A DNA stretch of 64,000 nucleotides from Phoronis australis (Eukaryota; Animalia; Phoronida): assembly GCA_002633005.1 (NCBI GenBank), contig NMRA01000528.1:61432-125431 (forward strand), given 5' to 3'. Under the pieces are notes generated by a model that had not been told where the DNA came from, did no database searches, and was given only the letters and a program-made list of their open reading frames with translations. Position numbers and translations under genes: made by a program. Shown here in pieces: positions 24,437 to 37,772 of this stretch. Position 1 is the stretch's first letter, and each line of letters opens with the position of its first letter.

Positions 24437-25030
24437 CTGTAATACATAACGAAGTTGAGTGAGAAGCATTCTACTTAATCTATTAACTGTTAAATAGGCT
24501 TCCTTAGCTGAACCTATTTGTTTGCAATACCTAATGATGTATATAGCTGTACCCCTAAACAGTCTGAGCTGTATACAAAGCTCATGTCGAAAGCATTTTA
24601 AAGCAGTGGTAAATAACTTTCAAACTCTGAAGTGGTAAATTGACCAAAGAATTCAACAAAGGAGCATTATTACTGTGTACGCCCAGCAATATCAAAAGAT
24701 GGTCACATCTATGATGTTTACTGACAGACATACAGTTCATATAATGTAGTTTAGTGAGGTGGCAGGCAATTGTTATTCCAGACTGATTACTGTACAGACT
24801 ACATCAGTTGCAATGTCTCAATCTTCTAAGAGACGCTATATCGCATTCGCAGTAACATCACCCTATGACTGCCATAGCTGTGACTAGGCATATCTAAAAC
24901 CGACCTCACATCAAATACACAAGAACACAGATCACACTCATAACAAGTCATAAACATATTTCTCTCTTCACTGTGTGAAATCAACGTAGTGTGTCTCCAT
25001 GGAGACCATATACAGACAGCCACAACTCAC

Positions 25031-25206
25031 CATGTCTCGCAACGTCTCTGGCGCCCCTTTTACTGTGGCAACGTAGTGTGTCTCCACAGAGCCCGGAGGT
25101 GTGTAGCCAGCTATCACAGACATTCGCTTGAGGGCACTGGAAAAGTGGAAGCGCTGAAAGATCTTCAGACCGTGGGTCTTCAACTTTCGTGGAATCACGG
25201 CTTCTC
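25031..25206 (-). CDS. ATP13A1: P5A-ATPase exon 12 (N domain, KGAPE)
   Basis: cag|(G)[30 protein letters not shown]...[11 protein letters not shown]|gtgagt. Confidence 0.95.
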
Positions 25207-25410
25207 CTGATCAAAACACAGACATAAACGCGTGAACAGCCCAGCTGCGATGACGCTTTGACAGCTGAAGTAGCAGACGGACTTTGAGTGAGGTACCAGA
25301 ATTGTGCTCTTAAAGTCACTAAATAACCACACACTGTCAAACAAACTTCTGCTGCAGGCAACTTCATGATAAGTCAGATGACAAGTGATTTCTGTAGTGA
25401 AAAGAACCTA

Positions 25411-27828
25411 CCATAATCGTTCGGGTTAACGCCCTGGGCGGTTAAATTGGCGAACCCAAAAAATCGGGGGAGGGCGGTTAACCGAGCAGTGGGCAGTTAA
25501 ATCGAAAATCCACCTGAAGTAGGGGATGGGCGGTTAACCGAACATGGGCGCTTATTACGACAGTCAACCGCCCTGGGCGGTTAATCTTACCTGGCAATCT
25601 AAATCCCGACACGACACTCATACTCGGAACGCGTAGCCCTTTTCAAAGAGCTTCATCGTCACGTCGCCAAATGACTGTGAAAACGTCATAACAGCGGATG
25701 ATCCCAACAAAGGTTCTCTTGCCCTCAGATTAGTCATTCACTATTAAATTTACAAAATTGCTGAGTAATAGCCCGTGCCGTCCTGCGGTGCGCAGACGAC
25801 CAGTGACCACGACGCCTCCACTTGAATTAAAACTGTTTCAAGATGTGACCCTGCTTAAGTGCGCGCGTGCAAGCTTCACGTGTTGCAGAGGTCAGACATC
25901 AAATTTATGGTCTCGTACTATATGTAGCTGTCAAGTTCTGAGTCAGAGAGCAGTTTTAAAATTGGTTGTAATAAAAGTTTGAAAAACTTAACTCTGCTGT
26001 TTTTTTGTGTTTGGGATGTTATAGTCGACGCTCCGTGACTCAATGACATTTTCAGCGTATGGTTCTGCGGCTAGCTGTCTTATCTCGACAGCCCGGCATT
26101 GCTCTCTTGCCGTTGCGCCAAACATGTTATGCAAAGAAGTAAGACAAGGATCGGGGGTGGTCGAGCCAGTCGTCGATCAAGAATAAAATTTCAAGCAACT
26201 GCATAAATATGTTACAAAATGTCAGAAAACAGCAATGTTTCAATTCATTATTCTAAACGATCACCTTACCAAACTTCGTGGTGGAAAAACATTTATTTTT
26301 CATGCAAGATGTCCAGATTATCCTATTTATATCACTTGTAATATCGCACTGCGGCACTGTTCGGTCCCGCTGTTATCGCGCAATGTCTCAGTCGGCTGAC
26401 AATCGTGACTTGGAAATGCCGTCAAGTAATATAACGGCCTCTTTCAATATGCATCTCGTTTTTTATGGCCAAAGATAGTGGCGGTATTCAGCACGCACGT
26501 AGGGCCTACGTGTGAGTCACCTGTCAATCACATGTTGGTGTCAAGGTAACATGCACTCCAAAGTGTGGGAACTTGCGCACGTGCACCACTACAAATCAGT
26601 CACACATAGCGACAGTCCGAAGTAACAAAAACGGGCGTGACTATGTGCTTTTAAGCTGTTGTTACGAAAGACCCAGTTCTTTACGATATTCCACTGTTGC
26701 CAATGTTCCCCAAAACTGCGATGTCAAGTCTATTGCCATATTTCCCGGCTCGATGCTCCCTAAGCCCATCCCTGTAACTAGCTGCGTGAATCTCCTACCC
26801 ACTATCGTCAAGCAGTCTACGTCGTAGATATTTCAGACTCGAATGGTAAGAATTTTTGTTCAGGCTGAAAATGGCCAATGTATAAACAAAATTATTCTGG
26901 ATGGCTAAAAAGGGGATGTGGAAACGATAATTCACACAGTCACGCTTACGTGGGGGCTGACGCAAGAAATAGTAAAGAACAGCCAGCGACATTAGTTAAA
27001 TCTGCTAACCAGTTTGACTGAGATGCAATAAGCGAAAAACAAAATTTGACTAGCCGTTTTTTTATTACTTCAAGATCATACACAAACATACATTATTGCC
27101 AACGTTTGAATTCAGAAATCGACAGGCAGCAACGAAATCGGTAACCCAGTAAGGCACTTGTACTGTCCCTTCGGTCGCCCCACATCCTCTATAACCCGGC
27201 AGTTATATTCATCAAAATATTGAGAATTTGACATCTTTCCGTGAGTTGTGAGATTTGTTCAAAATACGAGAGCTTCCCACCTTAATAGAATTTGGAGGGT
27301 TGGCAAAACCATTGTCACATTTCTCTGGCCTGATTTTTTCGAATATATGTTTTATCTAGTGCACTGCAGACGGAAACTCAGCGCGGCAGACAAAGTCGCT
27401 GAAAGCGGAGGTTTTGACGCCGGCGGCGTTCTTAAACTTTGCAAACAAGGGAAGAAAATAAAGTGACAAAAAGGTTCAAGTATTATATTTTGAAGTGAGT
27501 TCATGACCCAAGACAATAACTCGTTACCTGTATTGTAATTCAGATTGCTAAACCACCGTCTCGGAGTCCCGGCGTCGTTGCACTCATTGTGATCATCGAT
27601 CTTTTTCTAAAAGTCGGGGAATCGCGCGTTTCCTTAGCACTAGGCGCTAAATCTTCATTCTTTAAAAGTCGGGGATGGGCGCTTAACCGAGAGGTGGGCG
27701 CTTAACTGGAACTCTTAAAAAATCGGGGGAGGGCGGTTAACCGAGCAGTGGGCGGTTAAATCGGAAATCCACTTAAAGTCGGGGATGGGCGGTTAACTGA
27801 ACATGGGCGTTAACCCGAACGATTACGG
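25411..27828. mobile_element. Tc2/pogo-type non-autonomous element, copy 2 (complete, 2418 bp) in ATP13A1 intron 11
   Basis: TA-CCATAATCGTTCGGGTTAACGCCC ... GGGCGTTAACCCGAACGATTACGG-TA; near-identical to 11177-12797 in inverted orientation; no transposase ORF seen. Confidence 0.9.
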
Positions 27829-28920
27829 TACAATAGGTTATCGTTTGAGGTCATGCTTGCCGCATGATATGATCAAGCACACCACGTCCACATATAGAGC
27901 CTATTTCCTAGCTTGTCCGTTCTTCCCAAGCCTGTGTACATAATAAGCAAGGAACTATCTCACGACACCTTTACATTGAGTACATATCACAAAAGGAGGG
28001 CTCAAAATGGGAAGAGAAGTTCATAAGGACGTCTGATCTAGCCTGGCCCAGAAAACAATAAACATAATCGCAGACATTTTTGACATCTCAGTAGTAATTG
28101 CTGAAGCCCTTTTCAGTGCAATGCATTGGCGCTACGCTGAGTGACACCTAGTGGCAATAAATTAACGCTGACTGTGCCTCTAGCCATTACAAGTGAGACA
28201 CGCCAAAGTAACAGCCAGAGGTTCTTCACATATTTTAAGGAATGATCCATATGTCTGTAATTCTATTCATCTAGCATCTGCAAATACAACTTCATTTAAC
28301 ATAGGCTCACACATACGGAAAAATATTACCAGTTTAGGACCCAATAAGGCAGACAACAAAGTTACATTTTCATGTCTTCCCTTAAAAACAAGTGCCATAA
28401 ATAATTATTTTTTAAGTTTTATATTTCCACACCATAATAACCATAACAACCGCCTTATCAGGCACCTCTGAAAAATGGAACACAAATAACTTTGCGACTA
28501 TTTTAATACAAAATTCGTGAAATTTTACCCAATTTTTTAAGTCATCTCAACAAATTGCCAAATACTAAGTACTGTAGTCAGTGTGACCACAAAGAAAGTA
28601 ATAACCATTTTCAGCAGCGCAGATTTTATTCCAAGTAATTGTCATAATTATTTGACCTTGGAACATGATGACCACATGCCTGACAAAAATTACTCAACTT
28701 AGTTTGAATTGGGCAAACAATCCCATCTATGGTGAGAATCGGTGACTGTTTTTTTAATCAGTTTGACTTTTAACCTGCCTGTTCTCACACAAGATTGATA
28801 TGACTCTCGACTCCAAGTTATCTTAGCCTGTTGTCTACACCACCTGATGTCAAACAAGGATGACCATTCACTCTTCACATTGTGTTTAGTCAGTCTGACC
28901 TTTGACACGAATGACCTTAC

Positions 28921-29075
28921 CCTTGGTGAGTGTCCAATCAACTGCGCTGAGAGTGGCCTTCTCCAAGGGGTCACCGACCATCTCATCATCCAGTTGCACC
29001 AAGGCGTGACAAGTAGCGAGGACTTGTACAGTCTCTAGGGGCACCTCTTGTACTGAGCAGATCTCATCAGGAGTG
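28921..29075 (-). CDS. ATP13A1: P5A-ATPase exon 11
   Basis: cag|(D)TPDEICSVQEVPLETVQVLATCHALVQLDDEMVGDPLEKATLSAVDWTLTK|gtaagg. Confidence 0.93.
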
Positions 29076-29752
29076 CTGCAGCAAGGCATAATCATGGTAT
29101 ATCAAAACAGAAGTGGAATGAAGGGGACCCTAGAAAAATGTCCAAACTTGGCTAAGTCTGGAACATCGCACTTCAAAAAAGGCTGACTAGACTCATAAGA
29201 AATGTTTAGACATAGTCTAATACTATACTTCAAGAATTCATCCAAAACCCCTTTAGAAATTGTTTTTAAATTTTCTAGTTTTGCATCAGGGGATATCAAG
29301 ATAGGACTTCAATCTATGATTTACATGGAAGAGCTCAAAAGTTGCATGGAATTAAAAAATGAAATAGTTTAGAAAACTGCAACTGTGTTTTTGATATTTC
29401 TTCTTGAAAATTTATATCAAATAAAATTTGGTAAATGAAATTAATAAACTTGATTTCCTGTCAATGTACTTTTCTTTTTTTTGCTAAATTTCACAAAAAC
29501 ACATGGTCACTTGACCCCAAAATGGCAAATTGGTAAAAAGTCAAAAGTGAATTCCACAGGCCTCTTACTCTTAGAAAACATATATATATATGTATATGTA
29601 TATGTATATATACTGTTCCTGAGTTAAATTTACAGTATTGTAGATATTTGACTTAATACACCAACTTGTTGAGAAGGTCCTACATGTCCTGAACATTGTA
29701 CCAAAACCGACAGAAAAACTGGATCAAAATGACTGGATGAAATGCAACCTAC

Positions 29753-29873
29753 TCTAGTCCTGCCACGCCTTCCACTACAAGGTTATCACTTGTGAGGGTT
29801 CCTGTTTTATCAAAACAGCAGATCTCTATCTTGCCAGCAAATGGAATGCGAAACGGCTCAGTGCAGTAGACAT
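29753..29873 (-). CDS. ATP13A1: P5A-ATPase exon 10 (phosphorylation site DKTGTLT)
   Basis: cag|(Y)[39 protein letters not shown]|gtaggt. Confidence 0.96.
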
Positions 29874-29898
29874 CTGAAAGTATGAGGGAAAAAATAAG

Positions 29899-30127
29899 CA
29901 GGGCTGGGAATGAGCAATGACTAAAAGAGGAAACTTTTCCAGGTGATATATTGTTCCACAAACAAATAGGCTTGTGTGACAGAAATATTTCTGTGTTGTA
30001 AAAATTAACTGAAATGAACATGTTTGCATGAATAAAGTCAAAATAATGATAAAAAAGAAACAAGAAAGAGGAAACTGGATATCAATTAAGAAGAAATCCT
30101 GTTAAAGGAAGAAAAATCCAAGCCCTG
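29899..30127. mobile_element. hAT-like MITE, 6-bp TSD family, short diverged copy
   Basis: CAGGGCTGGGAATGAGCAATGAC...ATCCAAGCCCTG flanked by AATAAG on both sides. Confidence 0.8.
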
Positions 30128-30202
30128 AATAAGGCATTACCTGGGTCACTGTTTGGGGCCATTCACAAAAGACACTATTTGTCTGAGCTGTTCAAAATGA
30201 AC

Positions 30203-30345
30203 ATAATGGGGCTCCCCTCCTTGTACTTTGATAATGAGGCCCCCCTCCCTGTATTTACCTAATGAGGCTCCCCTCCTTGTAATTTCATAATAAGGCCCCC
30301 TCCTCGTATTTACATAATGAGGCCCCCCTCCTTGTACTTACATAA
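30203..30345. repeat. ~28-bp minisatellite x5 overlapping the exon 9 splice donor
   Basis: Unit ATAATGAGGCCCCCCTCCTTGTAYTTAC; the last unit contains the donor (minus strand gtaagt). Confidence 0.9.
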
Positions 30346-30479
30346 CTTTGTGAGAGCTAAGAGCGACGTGTTCACAGCCAGTGACAACTCTATGGGCAGC
30401 TCAGGCGGTACCACTGAGGTTAAGATGAGTGTACACTCCAAGAACAGCTTGTATCTGTTCCGATTCGGATTCTCCGTCC
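30342..30479 (-). CDS. ATP13A1: P5A-ATPase exon 9 (TM4, PPELP signature)
   Basis: cag|(G)[45 protein letters not shown]|gtaagt; PPELPIE is P5A-specific. Confidence 0.96.
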
Positions 30480-32331
30480 CTGAAACAAGTAGCTGAATCT
30501 TGCAACAATGGAAAACACATGTAAAACCAACCACTTCATCTTTAGGGGGGGAGTCAAAGTATCTGTTGAAAAATGACATGAATTAGATTACCAAGTTGTA
30601 AAAAATCATTGAGTCTTAAAATAGTGGAAAAGACAAAAAAGCAACAATTAAGATTTTCGAGGACATTAAGATAGGTTGAAGATTCAATAAATGTCTCTTC
30701 ACATTCAAATTCATCTGCTTTCATCTTTTGGGAAGTGGATTTAGGAACAGTTATAAATAAATGGCTGTTCAAGGAAAACCGGCTATTTCCGATGTTACAT
30801 TAGGAAACAATTCAAATCCCGAAGATCCCTAATTATCTTGTAGTAACATTGTTGTATGTTTATTACTGCTCTAGTGGCGTGTATTGTTTATCCATTGACC
30901 AATAGATAGTGGCCCACATCTAGGCTCTGAAATACACAGCGATAGCACTCTTCTTGGTTCTACAGGTAAGAAAGCATGCTGTTTTCATTGGCTTTTATTT
31001 GAAAAGTAAGGAAAATTTACATGCTAGATCATGTCGCAAACCGTCAAGGTGTATGGCTGTGAAATATTCCTGCTTTAAATTATTTAAAAAAAAAAAACGG
31101 AATTGAAAAGCTCTCTTCAAGAAAGGGGATTCCGTCCAGCTCAAAATTAACCTGACAAACTTGCTTTATCTACTTCTTGTCTGTGATTGATGTGTGGAAG
31201 GTGAAGAACTTGACGTCATGCATCCAACGATATTTGTCAGAAATACTTCATTGTCATTGGAAGAACGAATAGAGTAACGCAACTAAGAAAACCTAGTGTA
31301 CCATAAGACAACACACCTGATTGTGTACCACCAAAACTGCATTGGAGTACTCTAACACCAGATTTTCAGATTTTTCAGTAAATTCGCAGATTTTCGCATT
31401 CAGACCAAATTTACCCTAAAATATGGGAGGGTTAATTTTTCGCAGTGGACCTTTCACTAACTAAACAAATAAAAACGGGATTGCTCAGCATTCAAAGCTT
31501 TCGCCGAATTCTTGCCTCTTTAGTGGACTTCCGTCTCGTTTTCTCGAACTTCTGGTTTCTCTCAGGACCTTTTTGCCCACTTTGCCAAACGGGGGAACTC
31601 ATTCAAGCCCCCCGGTTACGCGCATGGGTACTTTTTCTACTTACTTGCCTCTGAAACAGTTTCTAAAATACACATAGTGAATTGATCTCCAATTTTTTAG
31701 AATAATTTAAGTTGTTTAGTTGTGGGACAATGTGCTTTCAGTGAAAAGATCCTATTAATCAACAGAAAATGTCCTTACTGAACTTAGTTAATACATGCCT
31801 AATGTACACCTCATTTAACACTAAAACATATCTGCAAATTAATGTGTTGATGAATCTGCACTGGCCAATGTTTTGCACCAGATAATATTTCCATAATCAT
31901 TCACAAAAGTTTTGAATAATTATTCAATGAAAAATGTCTGTGAACACGTACCACTTGTTTAATTCTAATTCATCTGATACCTACATTTGAGAAGTGGGAC
32001 ACTTTCAGCCAATATGGCATTCTTGGTTCTAGTTTCCAGCCTGACTCTTTCTTACCACCGCCCACCCACTAAAAACGTCCACCCCCCAGTTCTTATCTTG
32101 CTCTTTGAAAAACCAAACAAAGGCACACAAATATGGATAAGCAAGACTTGACATGCCGTAAATTGTTATGTGATAAGTAAAAAAAAATGCTCGTTTCAAA
32201 TGCACTTTCTTTTTAAAATAGCGAGGACCTAAAAAATAATGCACCACTGACTCGATTTTCAAAAAAGTTGCCCTTATCGACAGTTACAAATAAATCGCCG
32301 CTGAAGTTAGGTGCATATAATACTGTATTAC

Positions 32332-32514
32332 CTTTGATCCACACATAGGATGCTGCAATTATGGCAAAGACTAGAAGCACTAGAATGAAAGCGAATGTCT
32401 CCAAATTATTCGCTGTCACCCTTTTGGCACTGTAGAGGATTGTCCTCAGGAGACGGCCCTGGGAAGTGTTGAAGCCGGTACGTAACACGTAGGCAATACA
32501 ACCGTTGTCAGACG
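32332..32514 (-). CDS. ATP13A1: P5A-ATPase exon 8
   Basis: cag|(A)[60 protein letters not shown]|gtaata. Confidence 0.95.
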
Positions 32515-33299
32515 CTGAAAGGAGACAGTGGTCACCGGCATACAAAACTCTGTGGAAAGGTAGTCGTACAAAACAACATTTAATATAATGTACAATTTCA
32601 ATTGATGTAAACATACAAGACGGTTTGGTTACCATTTTCTATGTTTTTCATTTATGTTGAAAGGATTCTAAACCCTGTTTTGATGATTTCCACCAATCCT
32701 CGTTTTGTCAACCTGCTAATGCATCATTGGCGTCAATCTTCAAACTAGTTAAAAGTAAGAATCAATTGAAAACTCATACTCCTGCATCACAGATTTGATA
32801 TTATGGTCCTTGGTGCATGGTCTTTTCCCACAGTTGCTGTGTAATTCGCTAAAAGCATACGTCACGCATGCTCATTTTGCAGACTTTGAAAGAAGTTTTT
32901 TTTCAAACGTTGAGGGTTGCCGAGGGTTACAGAACATTATTTTGTTTCAGTGAACTGGATGTGAAAGTCGTTGCAGTATCTGTTAATAGATCAAAACCAT
33001 GTTTAGTATCCTTTTAAGTTTTTAAAAAATATACCTTTTCAGTAGTCCGTAATGAAGAAATGAAACGTTTGAAAAACATTGAAACATTTGAAAAAAGCGT
33101 TTTGGAGAAGAGTGTATTTATGATAGTGTGAAAAGGATAGTTTCATGTGTCAATGAAATAGCGGATTTGCAGCGCAAACGAACTACGCATTGCGCATGTG
33201 TGAGTTACTTCCTACGCGAAGGCTCATGGGATAGCTTGTGGTCAGGCATGTCTTGAGCAGGCTGGATAGTGTGTGCATTTGGAGTGATTTGCAAACTAA

Positions 33300-34549
33300 A
33301 AACCATGTTTCATTTTTTTGCTTTATAATACCAAGCAAGTCCTCTCTCTCGTTTGTAAACACAGGGTAGCTATGATCAGTGACCGTGTGATCGAGGGCAC
33401 GACTGTCGTCATGTTCAGTATTGGGGCTATCGGCGTTGATTTCGAAATCTCCTCCGGTTTCAGACAAGTTGAGAGTTCTTGGGTTGCTTAACTTTTGTAG
33501 CTTTCGCCGTGGATATGCTAGAGACTTTAATTTTAATAGGAAACTCCGTCGGAATGTTGTTCTCATACGTCTTTTTTCCATCAGGAAAATTTTCGCTGCA
33601 CACACGATGGCCCCTAAGCTATTACATCGCACTGGATGCCGCAGGCATTCACTGAGGGGTGACAGTACATCCTCACAAAAAATACTCATTTCAAAAAATA
33701 GCAAATAAAATTAAATGAACCATACATATAGGAACACGGAGTTATAACTAACACATACCACGACTCTGGATACAATTTAGTCATCAAAACTTGAACAAAT
33801 CGATGAAAATCTGTCGCGGTTTGCTCGAGTTTCTCTCAGTTACCGGGTGCCATTTTGAGGAAATTACGTGAAATTACGCATTTTGACGAATAAAATGTCC
33901 AAGGGACACACATCTTACAAGTTTCACCCTATACCTTCTCATGCTATTTTACAAGTGTCCCGCACTAGCGTCACGCGCCAGCGTCACGCGCTTCGCTCAG
34001 TCTCGCGCTAACCTTTGCCTAACTCACGTGATTCAGTTGACATGCTTTGTGGTTATCGCGCATGCGATGATAAAATTAACGGCAACCAAAAAAGTGGAGT
34101 TGTAATTCTTCGCCAAAGTCAATTTAATTCTCACAACTTAAGTTCATCAAAGATATGTATAGAAGTAGAAAGGACCAATGATGAAAGTAAGCGTTTTTTA
34201 AATGATAGTTTTAAGTGCAGAATGTATTTTGACGAGGTGAAAACTCGAAATCGGTATTAACCCAAATCCGGTCACGGTCCGTTTAAAATACACTGAAGTA
34301 ACGAAATGAGTACAGAAAGCGAATGGAAGTATTGTAGCCCCTATATGGCCAACCGAGTCTACGTGTTGCATGCTAGATGGCCCCGCGTTGGTTTGAATGC
34401 GCTAAATCTCCCCTTACTCCCAGCTTTCCTGATGTTGTTTATCACGAAGTTCTTGGTTTGCAGGGAACACATAAAAACTCAGATTTTTTGTTTTTGAAGC
34501 AGCCAGGAACACAACAAGTGTATCCGCCGTAAGTTTTCTTCGCGCCCAT
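33300..34549 (-). pseudogene. Decayed THAP-domain gene (probably transposon-borne) inside ATP13A1 intron 7
   Basis: MGAKKTYGGYTCCVPGCF / (frameshift) NLSFYVFPANQELRDK..INNIRK at 34410-34549; GHRVCSENFPDGKKTYENNIPTEFP near 33540-33612; then DHSY and a short coiled-coil-like stretch. Confidence 0.7.
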
Positions 34550-34735
34550 ACCGCGTATTATGCTCGTTACTATGGCCGCTTTCGGAATCCTGACCACAGC
34601 ACCCACAATGCACCATTTTAACCTAATTTCAATATGGCGTCGCTGCAAATCCGCTATTAACCATTTTTGAGATGCAATGTTCCAAATTTTGACGTCATAC
34701 GGTTGCAAGCAATCTTTATGGAACTCTTCACTCAC

Positions 34736-34865
34736 CTTTGAGTCCTGCTCCAGTCTTACTGGGAGGAGTGTGTTGGACGACCTTTGTGCCCCCGTACAGA
34801 ACATGAAGTTTGCCGTCCGTTTCCATGTCGATCACGTGTTTCAAATCAGCGGATTCAATGGCCTC
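34736..34865 (-). CDS. ATP13A1: P5A-ATPase exon 7
   Basis: tag|EAIESADLKHVIDMETDGKLHVLYGGTKVVQHTPPSKTGAGLK|gtgagt; not in the ORF track, phases fit exons 6 and 8. Confidence 0.93.
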
Positions 34866-35470
34866 CTACCGAGTACAAGACAGCAACGGAGGATTAAAAC
34901 AGCGAACACTTAACTTCACCCAGAAATGAAAATGGAATCCAGATTGGAATGCAGCTTCAAGTGAATGGACCCCTAGTGGTATTCTGAAATAGACCTCGTG
35001 TGCTTTGTCTCGCAGAACCAGTTTAATGTAAAAAGAGTGATTGGTTCCGGTCTGCACCAGACTCATTTTGAAACCTGCGCTTCAAAGCTGGCACCAGGTG
35101 GCGCTGGTTAAAAAAGGACCCTAACCAAACTCAGGCATCACCGCAACTATTGTCAAAAAAACAAGACTAGAACCAGCCATGGTACTTTTTGCCCAATCAA
35201 TGCTTTTCTACAGATTTCAATCGAGTTTACGCCAAGACACGACCTTCACTAACCTTATAGCTATTGACTAGTTAGTTAAAAAAATTTGAAGCATTTAGTC
35301 AGTCATGCTCTCAGAAAAGATAAAACACCTACCAAAAATTGGATCGTCTTGGAAACACTAGCTGATAGTTCTTTTCTGATGTGTACAAAACATAATTAAA
35401 GTTTAGAAAGTTTTTTTCCAATAATGTGTCCACTGTAAACACCCACCCGCGCTTTTCAACTCTAGAAATA

Positions 35471-35589
35471 AAAGACCATGGGCTTATGCCTGGATACATA
35501 AGGGGCTTTTTATGAACTTCAATTAAAGACCATGGGCTTATGCCTGGATACATAAGAAGCTTTTTATGAACTTCAATTAAAGACCATGT
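35471..35589. repeat. 54-bp tandem duplication (x2.2)
   Basis: AAAGACCATGGGCTTATGCCTGGATACATAAG...TTTTATGAACTTCAATT repeated. Confidence 0.9.
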
Positions 35590-35847
35590 GCCAGTCAATT
35601 TGGGACAAAAGTAATTGATAAATGACCATTGATTTTCCAGGTGCTTACAACAGCTGGTAAGAGCTATGATCTACATACTATGACAAATGCAAAGTAAGTT
35701 TTCTTAAAAAATTATTTTTGTTTTTGACAATCAACAAAATGAAAGTGCAGTCAATGTTTAACAAAAAGCTCAGATAGACCCATCCACATTGTTTAAGGTA
35801 GGGATAGCACAGTACAGGCAGATCTCTCAGTTCCAACAATTGACTAC

Positions 35848-36024
35848 CTTCATCACAGGTACCGACTCCCCCGTCAACATGGACTCATCCACAATACATG
35901 GGCCCCGGAGCAGAAGGAGGTCACAGGGTACCAGGCGGTCTTCTTGTGACCGCCCGATGGAGACGATGTCACCTGGGACCAGTTGATCACTAGGAATGTG
36001 ACGCCACTTTCTGTTTCGATACAC
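35848..36024 (-). CDS. ATP13A1: P5A-ATPase exon 6 (A domain, TGES)
   Basis: aag|[59 protein letters not shown]|gtagtc. Confidence 0.95.
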
Positions 36025-36605
36025 CTTAAGAAAAAAACAAAACATGGTTCGTTAACAAATCTCAAAAGAGGATAATTTTTGAAAATTACACAATATCTGT
36101 CTGTGAAAATACAAATATATAATTTATTGGGTAGTTTGGGTATAGCATGAGAGAGCCCAACTTGGAAAATAAATTGATGAGAAAATCATGACAAACAAGA
36201 CCAGTGCTACTCCCTATAGGTGCAATCTAGAGCCATCAGCCCAACGATAACAATGGCCACTTTTCTAGGGGCAATCTTTGGTCAGAACCGGTGACCTGTT
36301 TTTTGGTTGTTCCAATACATCGTAAATGGAATATAGAGTACTGGCCGTAACCCATACACGTAGTCTGAGCTGAATGTAAGTCACAGTTCATCTAAAATGA
36401 CAACACAGTCACCCAAGACCACAATTCACTGCCAATCCAACACATGATATCTAAGTGGTACACGATTTGCAAATTCCCTGCCAATCCCACATAAATCAAG
36501 CGAATGCTCATCTCCTCTCAAACTGGGATGCTATTCATTTCCTAATCTCTTTGTCAACACTATCTAAATGGGAAGCAATTCGTTTCCCAACCAACTCAAC
36601 ACTAC

Positions 36606-36834
36606 CTGAATGGGATACGGTTTGTTGCCCATCTCCCTGATGGTGGCAAGGTTCCTCAACTGTTGCTGAACCAGCGTTGCCTCGAACATAATAAGCATGA
36701 TAAGCGTGAACACACTGTAGTACCAGTACTCATCTAGGCACCATAAACCAACACAGAACACTTGGAAGACAAAGAAAGGCGCGGTGGCACGTTCTTTGAA
36801 CAGTTCACTGAATTTTGGCAGATCTGTGCTCAAT
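36606..36834 (-). CDS. ATP13A1: P5A-ATPase exon 5 (TM1-2)
   Basis: cag|..[58 protein letters not shown]...PYPIQ|gtagtg. Confidence 0.96.
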
Positions 36835-37772
36835 CTGAAAGGGAGGACAGGAAATGCTAAAAAAGTAAAAATAAAAAATCAAATGAATTACTACTTGAAA
36901 CGGAGATCAGTTGCCGGTTGCCCGAACCTACTTCAAATGGAAGTCATTACATTCCCTGAAACTTCTGCACATTTTGGACTACAGTTATGCATTTCTCCAA
37001 CAATGTAACGTCATTATGAACTCCTCGTTTAGATGACATACTCCAAAATATGTTTGAAAAGTGTGCCCTTATTTCAATAAATATAAAAAGAGTCAGATAT
37101 AATCCATAAGTTATGGGCATTACATGAAAAGGTCTTGCCTGAACCATTTTCAATTATACAAAGAGTTCACCAATGTTTACTCTCCATGTGTATCAAGACT
37201 TTCAGTTGATGAAATAGCAAAAGAAACAACAATCAGTGTTTACACAAATCCGCTTAAAACTTCGGGAACATAGCCGAGTCTCTTTCTGGGACTGTTTCCT
37301 GTAACTGGCTACAACAGTCTTCATAGGATGTGGTTAGGTGTCATGTTACTTAATAACACCTTCAAAAACTACTCAAACATTCTAGGCTTATGACACAAAG
37401 AGTACTTCTCAAAACATAGATGTTACTCAAAGCAACAATGATTTCATATCATGTTGTTTTTAGAATATTATAAGGTATGAAAGATCTTATCAACAAGTCA
37501 GCAAAATCTTTCTCATCCAAATCCAATGGCTGGACAAACAGTACACCTGGAGATAGGAGTTTCCACACACATAATATTCACAAGTCCAGCCATAGGAATG
37601 TTTTTTAACCCTGAAATATTATTTGTCAGAATGACTGACAGGGGCACCCTCATTCAGCCAGGGGGTTTCAGTTTTTCGACCCTGAAATATTTTATCACAT
37701 AGGATTTTGGTGTACTCCATTTAGCAGGCCAGTCCCCTGGTGACAGGGATTAAAACTACTGGGTATGCTCAC

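Noticed and set aside
12798-25410. An existing inversion between the inverted MITE copies as the cause of the missing ATP13A1 3' end
   Set aside because: Exons 12-15 inside the interval keep the same strand and order as exons 1-11
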